From Euglena gracilis (taxonomy: Eukaryota): a DNA stretch of 64,000 bases. Under the pieces are notes generated by a model. The model made no database searches, was not told where the DNA came from, and was given only the letters and a program-made list of their open reading frames with translations. The DNA lies in assembly GCA_039621445.1 (NCBI GenBank), contig CP154954.1, positions 24,874,954 to 24,938,953 on the forward strand. Direction: 5' to 3'. The position numbers and the translations under genes are program-made. Of this stretch, positions 1-20,400 are shown in pieces. Position 1 is the stretch's first letter. The number at the start of each line of letters is the position of its first letter.

Positions 1-379
1 ATACGTGATTCTTGCTCTTGGGCCTTTCTTTGTCCCAGCAAACTCAAGTAGAGGTACCACAGATGTGACCTCAAATCACATCCTGCACCTTCACCACCCC
101 CAAATAAACAAATGGATCCCCCAAAAAGACCTTCCTTTTTTTTCTGGGATTTCTGGAAGGAAGTCCAAAACATAGCCTCCCTTAAACTGTGAAAATGCCC
201 AAAAGCAATGATTTTTGGACTTTTCTTGGAATTTATCTGTTTTCAAATGTTATAATTGGTATTTTTTGAGACAATTTTTGCTCATTGCCGACCCATTAAT
301 TTTTTCCCTTTCAATTTCAGGGAAAATCCAAAAATTAAACCCCCCAAAGCCCTGTTTGCTGGGCAGCCGGACCCCGGGC

Positions 380-8048
<7,669 letters not shown>

Positions 8049-9934
8049 CTGAGGACATAACAATGCAACAAATGAAGGAAACAGGAAAGTTGTTCGCTAA
8101 ACGGCTCTGGGGTGGAACAGCGTTGTACTGACAATATAAAAAAAATTACAATAAAAATATTAATATAATAATAGCATATATTAATAATCATCAATATCAT
8201 AATAAAATTATAGCCCTAATGGACTGTGGAAGAACCGACCAGTCTAGACAAAAGATCACTTGCCCAATCTAAAAATAAAAAACTGAACTGGAAGATAAAG
8301 GTAACAGTTACAACCAGGTCAAACAGGGTCACGAGTTAGTATCCCAACGGGGGAAAGCCCTTGCAGCCGCAACCAGGCTTAACTCAACCATTTAGGACAT
8401 CCGTTCAAAAGGAGAGGAGACTGATGCACACATGGCACCAGCACACGCCGTATAACAACGCATTTCTTCATTCTCGTGTATATGCCGGTATAACAGCAGC
8501 CCCCACAAGAAATCAGGCTCAACAACCCACAGGACAACCAGCACTGAGCCTGGTGCACTGCTTACTGGGCCTTCTGAGTTGTATGCTCCCCCCCTCCTGT
8601 TCTCAGATTCACCTCCGGTAGCGAAGAAGAAAAGGGTTAGAGCGAACAGTGGATTGGGAAAGTGTGTGCAGGTCTTCATACCCCTTGCCCTTTGATTTGC
8701 CACCACCCTGACCCTTACCCGCTGTAGCCCATTGATCACCACCCTTGCCTTTGCTAAATCCCTTACAGTGACAGCCACCCTTGCCCATGCCAAACCCAGT
8801 TTGCTGGTCCGGCTGTTTCGGGCTCGATTGGTTCGGGGCAACTGCTTTTTGTGGCCGGTATGTTCACCACACATGTGATGGCAGCAGAAATCGAGTCCTT
8901 GGGGACTCAATTTCTGCTGCCACTGTCAGTGCCAGGCAATCCTTCTGTTCATGACCCTTTTCCTTGCACCAATTGCAGCGGCGCTCCTTGTCCAGGATGT
9001 CCTCTTTTGCCCTCGCCGCACCGCAAGCGCAGCGAAAACTTCGTGGAAAGAGGTTCTCAGGTCTGGGGTTGGTGTGGGGCTTTCCTCAGGTTCTCCTCCA
9101 AGCCTCTGGGTTGGATTTTCGACCTTGCACACAGATCCAGTGCAAACAAAAATTACAGGACACAAAAACTAAAAAAAATTATTGTAAAATGTTTGATTTT
9201 GAAGGTAAAAATTGGGAAACTTCAAATTTTCAGGAAAAATGATGGTAATCCTTTTCAGTTGTGACGAAGATTTTTTGGTACGGTTAACTGAAAATTCAAA
9301 AAAAACAAAATGGACTTCTGGTGGTCTTTGTCGTGATTTCTATTTCGAAATAAACACCCAAAATTGACACTATTACATGACCCAGTCTTTTTGTGTGTGA
9401 CATTTGACCACCCCTGAGAGGGAGCCACAGGAGCAGGAGAATACATTGTACAAAAAAATACGGGAAAAACGTAGGAAATCGGGGCAGTTTCGAGTAATTT
9501 TTGTCCAGATTGTATGAACACTTTATCCCACACAGAGACCTCTTCTCCTCTCCTGCCTCGGCAGCCGCCAGCAGTATGGCGTAGCGCTTGGTGGTTGGGG
9601 CATGGACACAGCAACCACCGTACTAAGGGCGGGGTTTGTTTAGATGATGTGTGGAAGACAGAAAGGAGGCAATTGCTGAGTGAGCTGTTGGCCGGCTGAG
9701 CCGACCCCTCATCACTCACAGACCCCCGCTCAGCTGTGAAGCGGGGGTCTGACTAGCCACCCGATTGCCGCTCCAACCGCCGTGGCCATGAAAGGCACAA
9801 GCCACTTCGTAGAAACTGGGGGTGTGGTCTGGATGGCATCGTCAGCCGTCACCTGGGGTGATGTTTGATTCATGAAAGCCAGGAGGTTGGGTCGACCTCA
9901 AATGCAAGCGTAACATGCAAACAGAAGCTATATC

Positions 9935-10060
9935 AGTTAGCAATGTCACAGAAATGTAACCTTGACCAATACTTACCCCTTTTCTGCACTTTCCCAGAGT
10001 TAGCAATGTCACAGAAATGCAACCTTGACCAATACTTGCCCCTTTTCTGCACTTTCCCAG
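9935..10060. repeat. 63-bp tandem duplication
   Basis: AGTTAGCAATGTCACAGAAATG...CTGCACTTTCCCAG occurs twice with few mismatches. Confidence 0.95.
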
Positions 10061-11957
10061 CCCCATCCATCTCTTAAAAATTTCCAGGGGGGGCTGCTGG
10101 CCGTCTAAGGCCATTTCCCAAAAAAAATTCGACAATTCGCGCCGAAACCCAAAAAAAAACCCAAACCCCCCTGGGGGGGGTCCGGGGGGTCCCACCCCCT
10201 CCTCCCCCCAGGGGGTCTTCTGACTTAAAATGAAGCCTGGCCTCATGCAGGATCCCCCTTTTTTGTGGGTCCTGTTGAAATTTTTTGAAAAGGTTTCAAA
10301 AAATTTTAAAATTGTATTCCGGGGGAGGGGTTAGGAGGCGGATGGGGAAACAAAAATACTGGTAGATAGGGCTGCCAAGGGCTTTGTTTTGGTCGCCGGA
10401 CATTTCCTTTGATTTTGTTTCATTTCCGAGATATTTTAGAAACATCGATTTTTTGACCCCGAGAACAATATGGCCCCAGAAATCGGCCAAAATTGGCCAA
10501 AAATGGCCATAACTCGGGCTGCACGAAGTTGGGAAGGATGGTTGGAAAGGGCATTCCAAGAGGTTCTTTCTTGTCTCCAGATATTTCCTTTGGTTTTGCT
10601 TTATTGTGGAGATATTTTGAAAAAAATATTTTTGACCAAAAAAAACCGGTCCAGAAAACCCCCCAAAAATGACTGTTTTGGGTCACAAAACCGGGCCGGA
10701 ACATGAGCCAGGCGTGTCGGCGGCCAAACAGCAAATGGGGGGGGGGGGGCGATAGAGGGTACATTTCAAATAACTCCAGGGGGGCATTTCGTCTGGCACT
10801 TTCGGAAATAATATACACATTTTTGAGATACTTTTGAAAAATCGATTGGTTTACCTACAATCTCACCCCAGTGAAATGGCAGGGTCGAAACTGGGGGGGA
10901 TTAATTCTACCCAGTTTGGCCCCTTGTCGGCTGAATAAATCGGGCCTGGCGGGAGTTGGGGGTCAGAGGTGATTTAGAAAGCCGGGATCCAGTCACTGAC
11001 CCCCCACTATTACCAAAGCGCCGGACGAAATTTTTTGTGCTCAAAATTGGCCAAAAATTGGCCAAAATGCCATTTTTGGTGTGGTTTGGGCAAACATTTG
11101 TCAAAATTGCCCCACATTTTCAATGCAAAGTGCCAGAATCGACCCCCCCCCTGGGGGGGAGGGATAGATGGGAAGCCCTTCGCTTTTGAGGTTTGAAAAG
11201 GTGTCCTCTGGTCGGGGGGGGGTGGCTGTTGGAAATGGAGGTCATTAGACATAGGGGGGGGGTACCACATCCACCACCACCACTACCATGACCACCGCCA
11301 TGACCACCGCCACCTAATAAATGACATCAGCAGCAGCCGCAGCAGCAGCAGCAACAACAACAATGATGAATTTGTCCCAGATATGTGTCCAGCAAATGGA
11401 TACCAAAGATTTGAGTCTGCTGTAAAAAGGCTGCTAGCTGACGTGCAAAATCCCCCAAGAAAAATAGAACATGGCAACTTTGAAGCAAACAAGGAAGCAT
11501 TTTCAGTGCCAATTTCAGGCAGAAAATATGTTGTAAGCTGTTTTTGGATCGTCGTTCGTTGTTTGCTTCGTGAATCCTTAATAACCAGCCCTGTTCAGAC
11601 TCGGTGGGCATACTTGGTGTTTTTTGGTGGTTTGGTGGTGGCCTGCAAAAAGGAATGATATTTGAATTACCGCTGCGTGTTTCTGGAAGGGAGATGCTTC
11701 CACTGTGTGCACTGCTGAATGGTCTGTGTGCAGCACTGAAGAGCATCGAGCGGCACCAGAACGCCGCCCACATGCCAAATATTAGGTGCACACCGCCTAA
11801 TTGTAACAATTTGGGGTGCCACACAGTCAACGCGTGCAGTGTGCAGGCATCTGCAGTTGAATCCTCATCCCAAAATCCCAAACACACAAATGGTGGGCAA
11901 AAAAACACAAAAAGATTGGCACAGAAAATGTCAAAGCAACAGGGAGGAAACAGGGAC

Positions 11958-12281
11958 CTGCGGAGGATCGAGTCGCGATGGAGGCAAATGGCTGAGGGAC
12001 AGGTGCACGGTCCACTGCCACCACGGGCTGCGCGTGGACGGTCCACCGCACGCCACTGCCGACGTTCGCCACGGCAGGCTGCGAGGAAAGTTCACATTGG
12101 CTTCTGGGTAGGCACGTTGGCCATGACTGTTGAGGCTCGGGCCACTTGGGCAACGAGCTCAGGGACGACCACCCCCAGTGGGACACACCTCTGGGTGCCA
12201 GGGCAGAAGTGCTGTGGTCAAGAGGGCAACAACCACGGCGCAGCCCAGCGGCCCGGACCACCGCGCACCGAAGAGCACCAT
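11958..12281 (-). CDS. Probable first two exons of the glyoxalase gene, encoding a signal peptide plus a transit-like peptide
   Basis: ATG at 12281. Exon 12281-12189 = MVLFGARWSGPLGCAVVVALLTTALLPWHPE, then a GT-AG intron (12188-12079), then exon 12078-11958 = PAVANVGSGVRWTVHAQPVVAVDRAPVPQPFASIATRSSA and a GT donor. A further candidate exon near 8970-9038 reads FAALAVRRGQKRTSWTRSAAAI. Linkage to GLO1 is inferred. Confidence 0.6.
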
Positions 12282-12884
12282 CGTTAGGCCTCAGCGGGAC
12301 ATGCAAGTCCTTCAAGGAGCAAGGGAGCGGCCGATGAGGTGGGGAGGAAAATGGGCCACATCGGCGCTGGCACCGTGCAACATCGCGGTGGGCCAGGCAA
12401 AGCCCATCAAAGTCACGAGAGCGACAAAAGTGTTCCCTTTGCGGATCACATAACACCACTCCTCCAAATGGTGCCGCTCTCGTTCCCCCCCCCCGCCCGG
12501 GTCAACGTCACCACAGTGACGCAAAACCCAACAACAAGCACAAGGTTGGGTCCAAAATCTTCTCTTTGGAGGCGGGAACCCCGGATTAGGGCAGGGAGGA
12601 GGATGAGAACTCCGAGACGTCTTGGAGGAGGAATGCAATGCAGTCCGCGCTTTGCATGCCATCTACTCACACAAGAAAACGATAAACAGCCTATGGGCAG
12701 CATACAGGCTGAATCAGACTTGGAAACCCCACATGAGAAAAAAACCCTCCTTGGCTGTGGGACCCCATCAGATCCCACCGTGCAGGTCCCCTCCGCACAC
12801 CCTCCCCCCAATTATGAATCTCTTGGCTTGTCATCGTCATTTCTGGTACCAAAATCAATCAAATTTCCATCTGCGCTCGGGGGT

Positions 12885-13938
12885 CAAGGGGGGGATATGC
12901 AACAAGCCCCTCAAAATATGCAATGCAAAAAAATGCAAAAAAGTGCAAAGAAACATGCAAAAAAATATATATATATATAAAAGTTGTATATAAATTCCTT
13001 GAGGAGCTCCCCGGGGATATACACTTTTCCACTGGAGAGGTGTAAATTTTCTCCTTCCTGAGGAAAGGTTTTTCACTTTGCAACATTCTTTTGCCATGCA
13101 ACATGGTGCATGTTTTGGGCAATCACAGCTAACGCCCCTGTTGTTGGCATGGATTGACATTGTAAATGAAACTCCAGAGAACAGGTTTTTTTTGGAACTT
13201 TTTGACAGAGTTTTTGAAAAGTTTTCAAAAATTATCTGAAAATTTTGACAACATTCGCAAAATAATTTGACAGACTTTTTTGAAAAAATTGACACAAAAA
13301 TCGAGCCAGTGATTTGTCCAATGGGGGCAAATTCTTCAATTTTGCCAAAAAAGTTTGAAACGTCTTTTTTCCCCAAAGACCCTGTCAAAAAGTTTCCAAA
13401 AAAACCTGTCAAAAAGTTCAGGAGATTCTGAACGCTTCATAAACTGTGTCATTTCTTTGCAAGAATTAGTCAATCTGTTCCAAGAATAGATTGCGCCAGC
13501 TGTGGATATACGAACTTTTATTTAACAGGACACAAAAAAAAACATGAACAAAACAGTGTCTGCGCACTTTTTCAAAAAAAAATTCAAAAAAATTCACCAA
13601 GGAACACCACACCAAAAAAAGTGTGGTGCAAACTTGCAAAGTGACATGATTTGCCCAGTTGCATGCATTTACATTTCATAGTGCAACAACCGTTAATGTG
13701 AAATGGTCCAAAAATGTCTAAATACAACTTCCATCTGGTGAGAGAGCAGTTTGCCTGTGCAATCGTGCAAAAAAGGTCGAAAAGGTCAAATAAGCAAAAA
13801 AAAAAAATGCAAAAATGCGACTTTTTCAAAAAAAAATTCAGTGGACAGAATGAAAACGATGCAATAAACTGCACGTTTTCAAGATTTTTGATTATCCAAA
13901 AAAATGCAAATTATGCAACTTGCATATTTCCCCCCTTG
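12885..13938. mobile_element. About 1-kb AT-rich element with terminal inverted repeats
   Basis: CAAGGGGGGGATATGCAA ... TTGCATATTTCCCCCCTTG. No clear TSD and no coding capacity recognised. Confidence 0.55.
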
Positions 13939-14479
13939 CAGGTCCCTGTGCCGGGGAACCACCGTTTTACCCTTGTAACAGACAGTAAGGAGACGACAGC
14001 AGGCCGACCTTGGGCTTGAGCACACTCGAATACCTATCCCGGGGAACAGAATCAATCGGTTTCCGGTTTGAGGGCCAAAAGGCCGTTTCTTATATGACCA
14101 GGTGACCATACCCAGGGGTACCCACATTTGGGGTCCCAGAGCACCCATCCAGATTCCTTCAAACTTTGCAGGTTTTACGACATGCGCATGTTTTTCACAC
14201 CTGTAGACACTAAAGACAGCACACTTGAATACCTATTCCAGGGAACATAATGGGAACCCCCAATCGGTCACTGCTACACACAAATGGAACGAATGTCATC
14301 AGGTAGTTTCCAGGTTAACATCCTTGGAAATTTCCATGGCCAGAGTGTTGAAGCGGATACCTCAAACAGCGTGAGGTCCATGCTCCCAACCGAAATCTGA
14401 TCAGAAGGGGATGACAACCCCTTCTGACCTGCTGTTCTGGGACAGGCTTTCTGCAGTTCTCTGTTCGGCGAGGCTACTG

Positions 14480-17400
14480 TACCACAACGATGTGGCGCTG
14501 AGGGTTGGGCATCAGCCGGCGGGGCCGACAGCAGGCTGAATTTGACCAACTCCAGGGGGGGGGTCTCCGAATGCCATGGAGTGCCCTCCCCTCCCCCCTG
14601 GGGGTCAGTGCCTGCCTTGCCGTGGGCCAGAAACGGGCCAAAAGAGGCCTTTCAGGACTTGTGCACTGGCGTACCTTGGCCGAGTGCCCATTCTTGGCCA
14701 TGTGCACTCCCGTGCTGAGGGGGCAGTCGGATCTGGGTGCCTTGGAGAGCCTCCCCAGCGGATATCCGCCACCAGGCTGAGGTCGCCCATGCCGTAAAAT
14801 TCAGCCGGGCCAGGAGAGGGGGGCCTCCAGTGGCAGCTTCGACTCCCCTCAAGGAGGGCGGGGTCAGGGTTTTTTTTAAGACCGGGGGGGGGACCCCCAC
14901 CCCCCCGCCCCCTGGGGGCTCCCCAGGGGGGAGCCGGCAGAACCCACAAAATTTGGCAAAAAAATCGCAAAAAAGTGTTAAAAAAGCACCTTTTCAAAAA
15001 TTCGGCACCGAAAAGTATATCCCACCCCCTCCGGGGGGACCCCCGGGGGGGGGGGGGCTCGGCCGGACCCACCCACCATACCCCCCCCCCGGGGGTCCAC
15101 GACTAAAAAAAACTCCTGGGCGGGGAGCGGCGGGCAGAGGGCGGATGGTGACACACAGCGGTGTTTTGGGCGGGGCTGAGATGCAAGGCGTCGGCCCGGT
15201 GGTGCGCGGGTTGGGCCCAGTGGCAATCCAGGGCTTCCGGAAGGGGGGGGTGGGGGAGGGGGAGTGGCTTCTGGTGCGTAGGGCGTTCGGGGTGATTGAT
15301 GCGTAGGGCGCTCAGGGTGATTGATAAAATCGGCTGGCGTTCGGGATGGTGCTTCGGATGCACTCCAGCCGGGTGTTCTGATGCACATTCCGGAACTGAC
15401 CGCCAAGGTTGGGGGCAAAGACCGCATGGGGCTCTCATTCAAGCTTGGGGGGCGAATGGCACAAATGATCACTCACAATGTGACAACGCGAAGAAGAAGC
15501 AGAGGCCAGGTTGTGCGGTGCAGGAAACGGGGGAGCAGGGGAGCGGAGGACGGCGAGGGGGAGCCTTCTGGAGCCGGCGAGGGGCGACCAGGGCTGCACG
15601 GGAAGGCCTGGGGGTCGACCCCCCCACCCGGGATTTGTGAGGGGGTTTTTTTACAAATTTTTCCTCAAAAGTTTTTGGGGTCGAAAATTGGTGCTCCCGG
15701 AAATACGGGAGGTGGTGGGGGGGGTCGATCCCCCCAACCCACCACCTTGGCCGATTCCCGTACTGCCCTGGGAGCAACTGGAAATCATCCTTCCGGCGGA
15801 GGAGGGCACGGCAGGTTGGGCGGGGAGGACGAACGGCCCAGCAGGGTCCAGGGCGGTCCTTGACATGAAAGGTGGAAAAAATGCCGTCCCCCCCATGCAA
15901 TAAAAACAGCATTTAAAAAAAGAGGTCGAAAATAATTCGCATGGTTTGACAAAGAGGTCGATATTGGGGGGGGGGGGGCTTCTGGCATCCTTGGACCATC
16001 GCCAATCCACCCAAAACGTCAAAAGAAATGCCGATTTCGACCTGTTTCCGGCCCCGGATGGCCCTTGGGCCAAGGGGGGTTTTAAGGGGCGCTCCATAAT
16101 TCCAAAAAAAAACTTTTCCTGGAAAGACCGATCTGCCGGGGTCTGTCTGTGTAGCCATGGTGCTGGCCTCAGGGCGTCGGGAGAGGAGGACGGGGGGAGA
16201 AGGTAGAGGGGGGGAGGGCACCACCCCCTGCGTGGGCTGCGGGGGCTGTGGCACGGAGGCGGGGGGGGGGGAGGGAGGGTGGGCTGGTGGTGGTGGCCGG
16301 GGGTGTTTGAGACCACGCGCCTCCCCCGCAGGACGTTGTTTAAGGGGGACTCTGGGCCTGGCCTGGCCCAGGGCCATACACGGGGGGGGGGGGGGGCCTG
16401 GATGCACCCACCCACCAATCCAGCACCGAGGGTCAACCTTTAGAGGGAGGAGGATTGTGGGATCTTTTGCAGACCGAAAGATTAGGGGGGGGTCGCTGAG
16501 CTCTTATCCCTTTTTAGGTAAGAGCGAGGCTTACCCCTGGGGAAAAGGGGGGGGTCGGACCCCCGCCTTCCCCCCCCCCGGGTCGGGGCCACCTCAGGAA
16601 CCAGCGAATTATCGCCATGATCCCAGCTCCGTTCCCGGAATTTTTTTTCAGTCGCGAGCGACTGGATTTCTAGTTTCTGAATCACCTCCGTTTGACCCCA
16701 ACTCCCCACCAGGTCCAGGTTATTCACGCGCGAAGGGGTCCAAACTGGGTAGGATTGTCCCGCCCCCCCCCCCCTCTTCCGACTCTGCCATTTGCCGGGG
16801 TCCAAAAATCGGTCAAAAAAATGATTTTTCGAAAATATCTCGAGAAACGAAGCAATGTTTTTTTGGCCTCCCGGACCCGGAAAACCTGCTTTTTGAGCTG
16901 AAAATGAGCGTTTTTCGACCTGCAGCCCGTTTTTGGCCCGAAACCCATTGGCTTTGGGTCAAAAACGGGTCGAAAAAGGCGAAAAAAATCGAGAGAAAAA
17001 AATGCCCGAAACGATGTTTTTTGGGTCTCCCAGACCCGGCTATTTTTGAGCCGAAAATGAGCGTTTTTTGACCCGCCAGCACCCCGTTATGGGCGCAAAA
17101 CCGAAGGAGTTTGGGTCAAAACGGGTCAAAAACGGGTCAAAAAAGTCGAAAAAAAATCGAAAAAAAATTCGCGCGAAAGGATGTTTGCCTCCCGGACCCG
17201 GAAAACCTGTTTTTGAGCCAAAAATGAGCGTTTTTCGACCCGCCAGCGCCCCGTTTTTGGGCCTGAAACCCAAGGACTTTGGGCCAAAGACGGGTCAAAA
17301 AAAGTCGAAAAATCGGGAAAAAAAATTACCCGAGATGATGCTCTTCGGCCTCCCAGACCCGGAAAAAAGTGGTTTTGAGCCGAAAATGAGCACAAAAACG

Positions 17401-20400
17401 TACCAAAAATTGCTTCCCACAACTCCCGAGTCCGTTTTTGGTTTTACAGTGAAAAACCGTGCAAGGTACAGAGCTCAGCACTATTCAAAACCTGGTTATC
17501 CTTGGAAAAAAAAATACTGGCAGCGAGATGAATAAAAAAAATCTTGCTGCCATGTCGGCGGCAAGGTAGTGTGAGGAACCCAAAAATTTCTTAAGGTGAA
17601 TTTGACAACCTTAAAAAAAGAATGCATTAATATTTTAATACAGCTTGAAAATCATCTTTAAATTTAATGCATCTTCAAAAATTCATTAATTATTTTGCTC
17701 AACTGTCTTAATGTGCTTTGAGATGCTCAGGGGATCTATTTGAAAGAGTGATCTGGGAAGAATCTTTCTGGACTGAACACATTTGTGCTCTGGCTGAAGA
17801 CACGTTCTGCTCCCCTGCAACCAGCAAGTGGAGGGAGGAATCGCAAGACAAGGTGGATGAGAGGGGGAGTGATAGGGTCGGGACGGAGCTGCCGCTCCAA
17901 AGGCTCCAAGCGACCAATGTGGCTCGGCTTGGGGTGGGGGGAGAATGTTTCTGGAAAAAACACTTTGGGAGAAGGGGCCCAGGCAATGTGGAACAAACCA
18001 GCCAAGAAAAAAAAGAATAGAACAACTCGTCACCTCCCATCTTCCATCATTTTCTGCCCTTGCCTTGAAATTGTGCAACAATATTTCTCTGAATTTTCTG
18101 AATCTGAAACCTCAAAAGGTAACATTGTACTTTTTTGGCTTTTTTAGAAGCAAATGTTGTTTTCGCACCAAAAATGTTTTTCTGTCTGGCACAGGACATC
18201 TGCCTGGGCGATCTGGACCCCCCATGTGGCAGGGGTAAAACAGAAGTCTGGATTAAAGTGATGAAAACTCCATATGCAAATCCGCATCAACGATCACAAC
18301 GAGGAAAACACTGTGCAACGTGGCGAGGGCATGTTTGGGGTGAAAAATCTGCCGACCAGGCAACCGGGAAAAAGGTCACCCGAAGCGCGGGCTGAAGGAG
18401 GGGGAGATGGAAAGCGGCAGTCACGGCGTTGCAGGCCAGGTCCGAGGCCTCTGTGGAGCGGCACCGACGATGCGGCACCCGGGGAGGGGGGCAGGCAGCC
18501 GTGGTGGAAGGGAAGGGCCAGGAATACCAACACTGACCCCAGGCGAGCGCTTGGGCAGAGTGGGAAAAAAGATTATGATAGTTGCCGATCCAAGACAAGA
18601 TTCAAACGGCTCCAAAAAATTCAACGTGTGCATATTTTGGGCTTGCGCGGGGGGGGTCAATTGGAGAAGGGGTCTGAAAAAAGGTCGATGGGCACCCGGG
18701 ACTCCACCCCCCAAAAGGGTCAAATTTTTCCTTCCGGGGCTTTGTGCTGAAAGTTTGAGCTATTTTACATATTTTTTGCTCAAATAGTGCCAAAAATGAC
18801 ATTTAAGCAAATTCGTGGCCGATTTGGGGGAAAATGTTTCGGTCAAACGCTTCATGACCGGCCAAAAAAAAAATGGCCAAAGATCCGAAAAGGTGTCCTC
18901 GCTGGGGGGTGGTCATGGGACATGAGGGGGGGGGGTCGTTGAACATAAGTGGGGGGGGGGGGTTCCTGGCAGGTTAGGCCACATCATCTCAGTTATGTTG
19001 AGACTCTGTCGCCCAGCCGTCAGTAAAAACAATGCAAGTCTGTCTGGGGTGAGAGAATTAATGCCCAATGCTTTGAAACTGTTTTCTCTCCTGTGCGGTT
19101 CTGTCTTGATTTAGAGGGTTCGGTCGCGGGCACAAATTGACCAATTATTCCAAGAGGAAAATACTGAAGGCCAGAGCAGAGTGGATGCACGGCGTCTGGG
19201 AGGGGTAAGAAAGCGTGTCAGGGCATTGCATTACAATGGGATACCCTGCACTTTCTTTGGCCCCCTGAATTTTGGGGCCCAGGTGGGGATGCAACAATTT
19301 GCTGCAGATTTCACTGCAGCAAATTTGATCATGCCTGATTTTTCCTCCCTGGTGCAAACACCAAAAAATATAAATTGTGTTGGGATTGGTTCAGCAGGTA
19401 TGGGGACTCTGGATAAGGAGCGGCCCGCCCTGCACCGCGCACACGCAAACCAGACAGCAGACATACATCAGCACTGGAGTCCCTTTTCTGCTTCCCCATC
19501 TTGCCTTTCTGCCTCTCCCCCTCCCTCGGACCTTGGACATTTAGCCGCTGGCCCCTTGAGCATAGCCACAAAAACACACAAAAAGAAAAGGAGTAAGTAA
19601 CCGAGAGGAGGCGCAGGCTCAAAAGCTGAACAAGGCAGTGACACTGCAGCGCACCACAACATCACAGCACTGAAAAAGCTCAGAACACTTTGTCACTCCC
19701 AAGAAACTGCACATAAACAGGAAACACTGAAAAAATATATATTACGACTAAGAACCTCAGAAAATGCAGAAAACTTTTGGGGAAGAAATCCAAACTTGCG
19801 GGGGTTGTGGGGCGGAGCACTTTATTTTGTTTCCTTTTGTGAACAAAATAAAAGATGAGCCCATTAAACAAACAATCCATTTCAAGCACAAGAAAGGGAC
19901 AGCCCACTCGCAGAAAGTCATCACAGCGAGAGAGCAGGGCGGACAGGAGAATGATTGCATGAGCAAACCGAGGGGTTGCGAGCAGGCTTTTGTTTAAGGA
20001 CCCGGGGGGGGGGGTACCGGCGGCTAGCCAAACGGCTAGACACTGGAAAAAGTGGACTAGCTAGCCCCCCCTCCCCCGGGGGGGGGGGGGGGGTCCGGGG
20101 GTCCCCCGAACTGGAAAAAATTTTCTCGGCGCTGCGCGCCAGAGGAAAAATGAGGTTTTTAATAGGTTTTTGGCTGATTTTGTTCCAAAAATTCCCAAAA
20201 ATGGCCAAAACCGGGCATTTTGGCCATTTTGGGGGGTCTCAAAAAAATTTCGGCGCTTTGCGCCGATCACTGGAAAAAAATTTCCACTAGCTAGCCCTGC
20301 TAGCAGACCCCCCCCCCCGGGGGGGGTCTGCTAGAAATCCCACTAGCCAAATTTGGACTAGCTGCAGTCCAGCCCCCCCCCGGGGGGGGGGGGGGTACTG

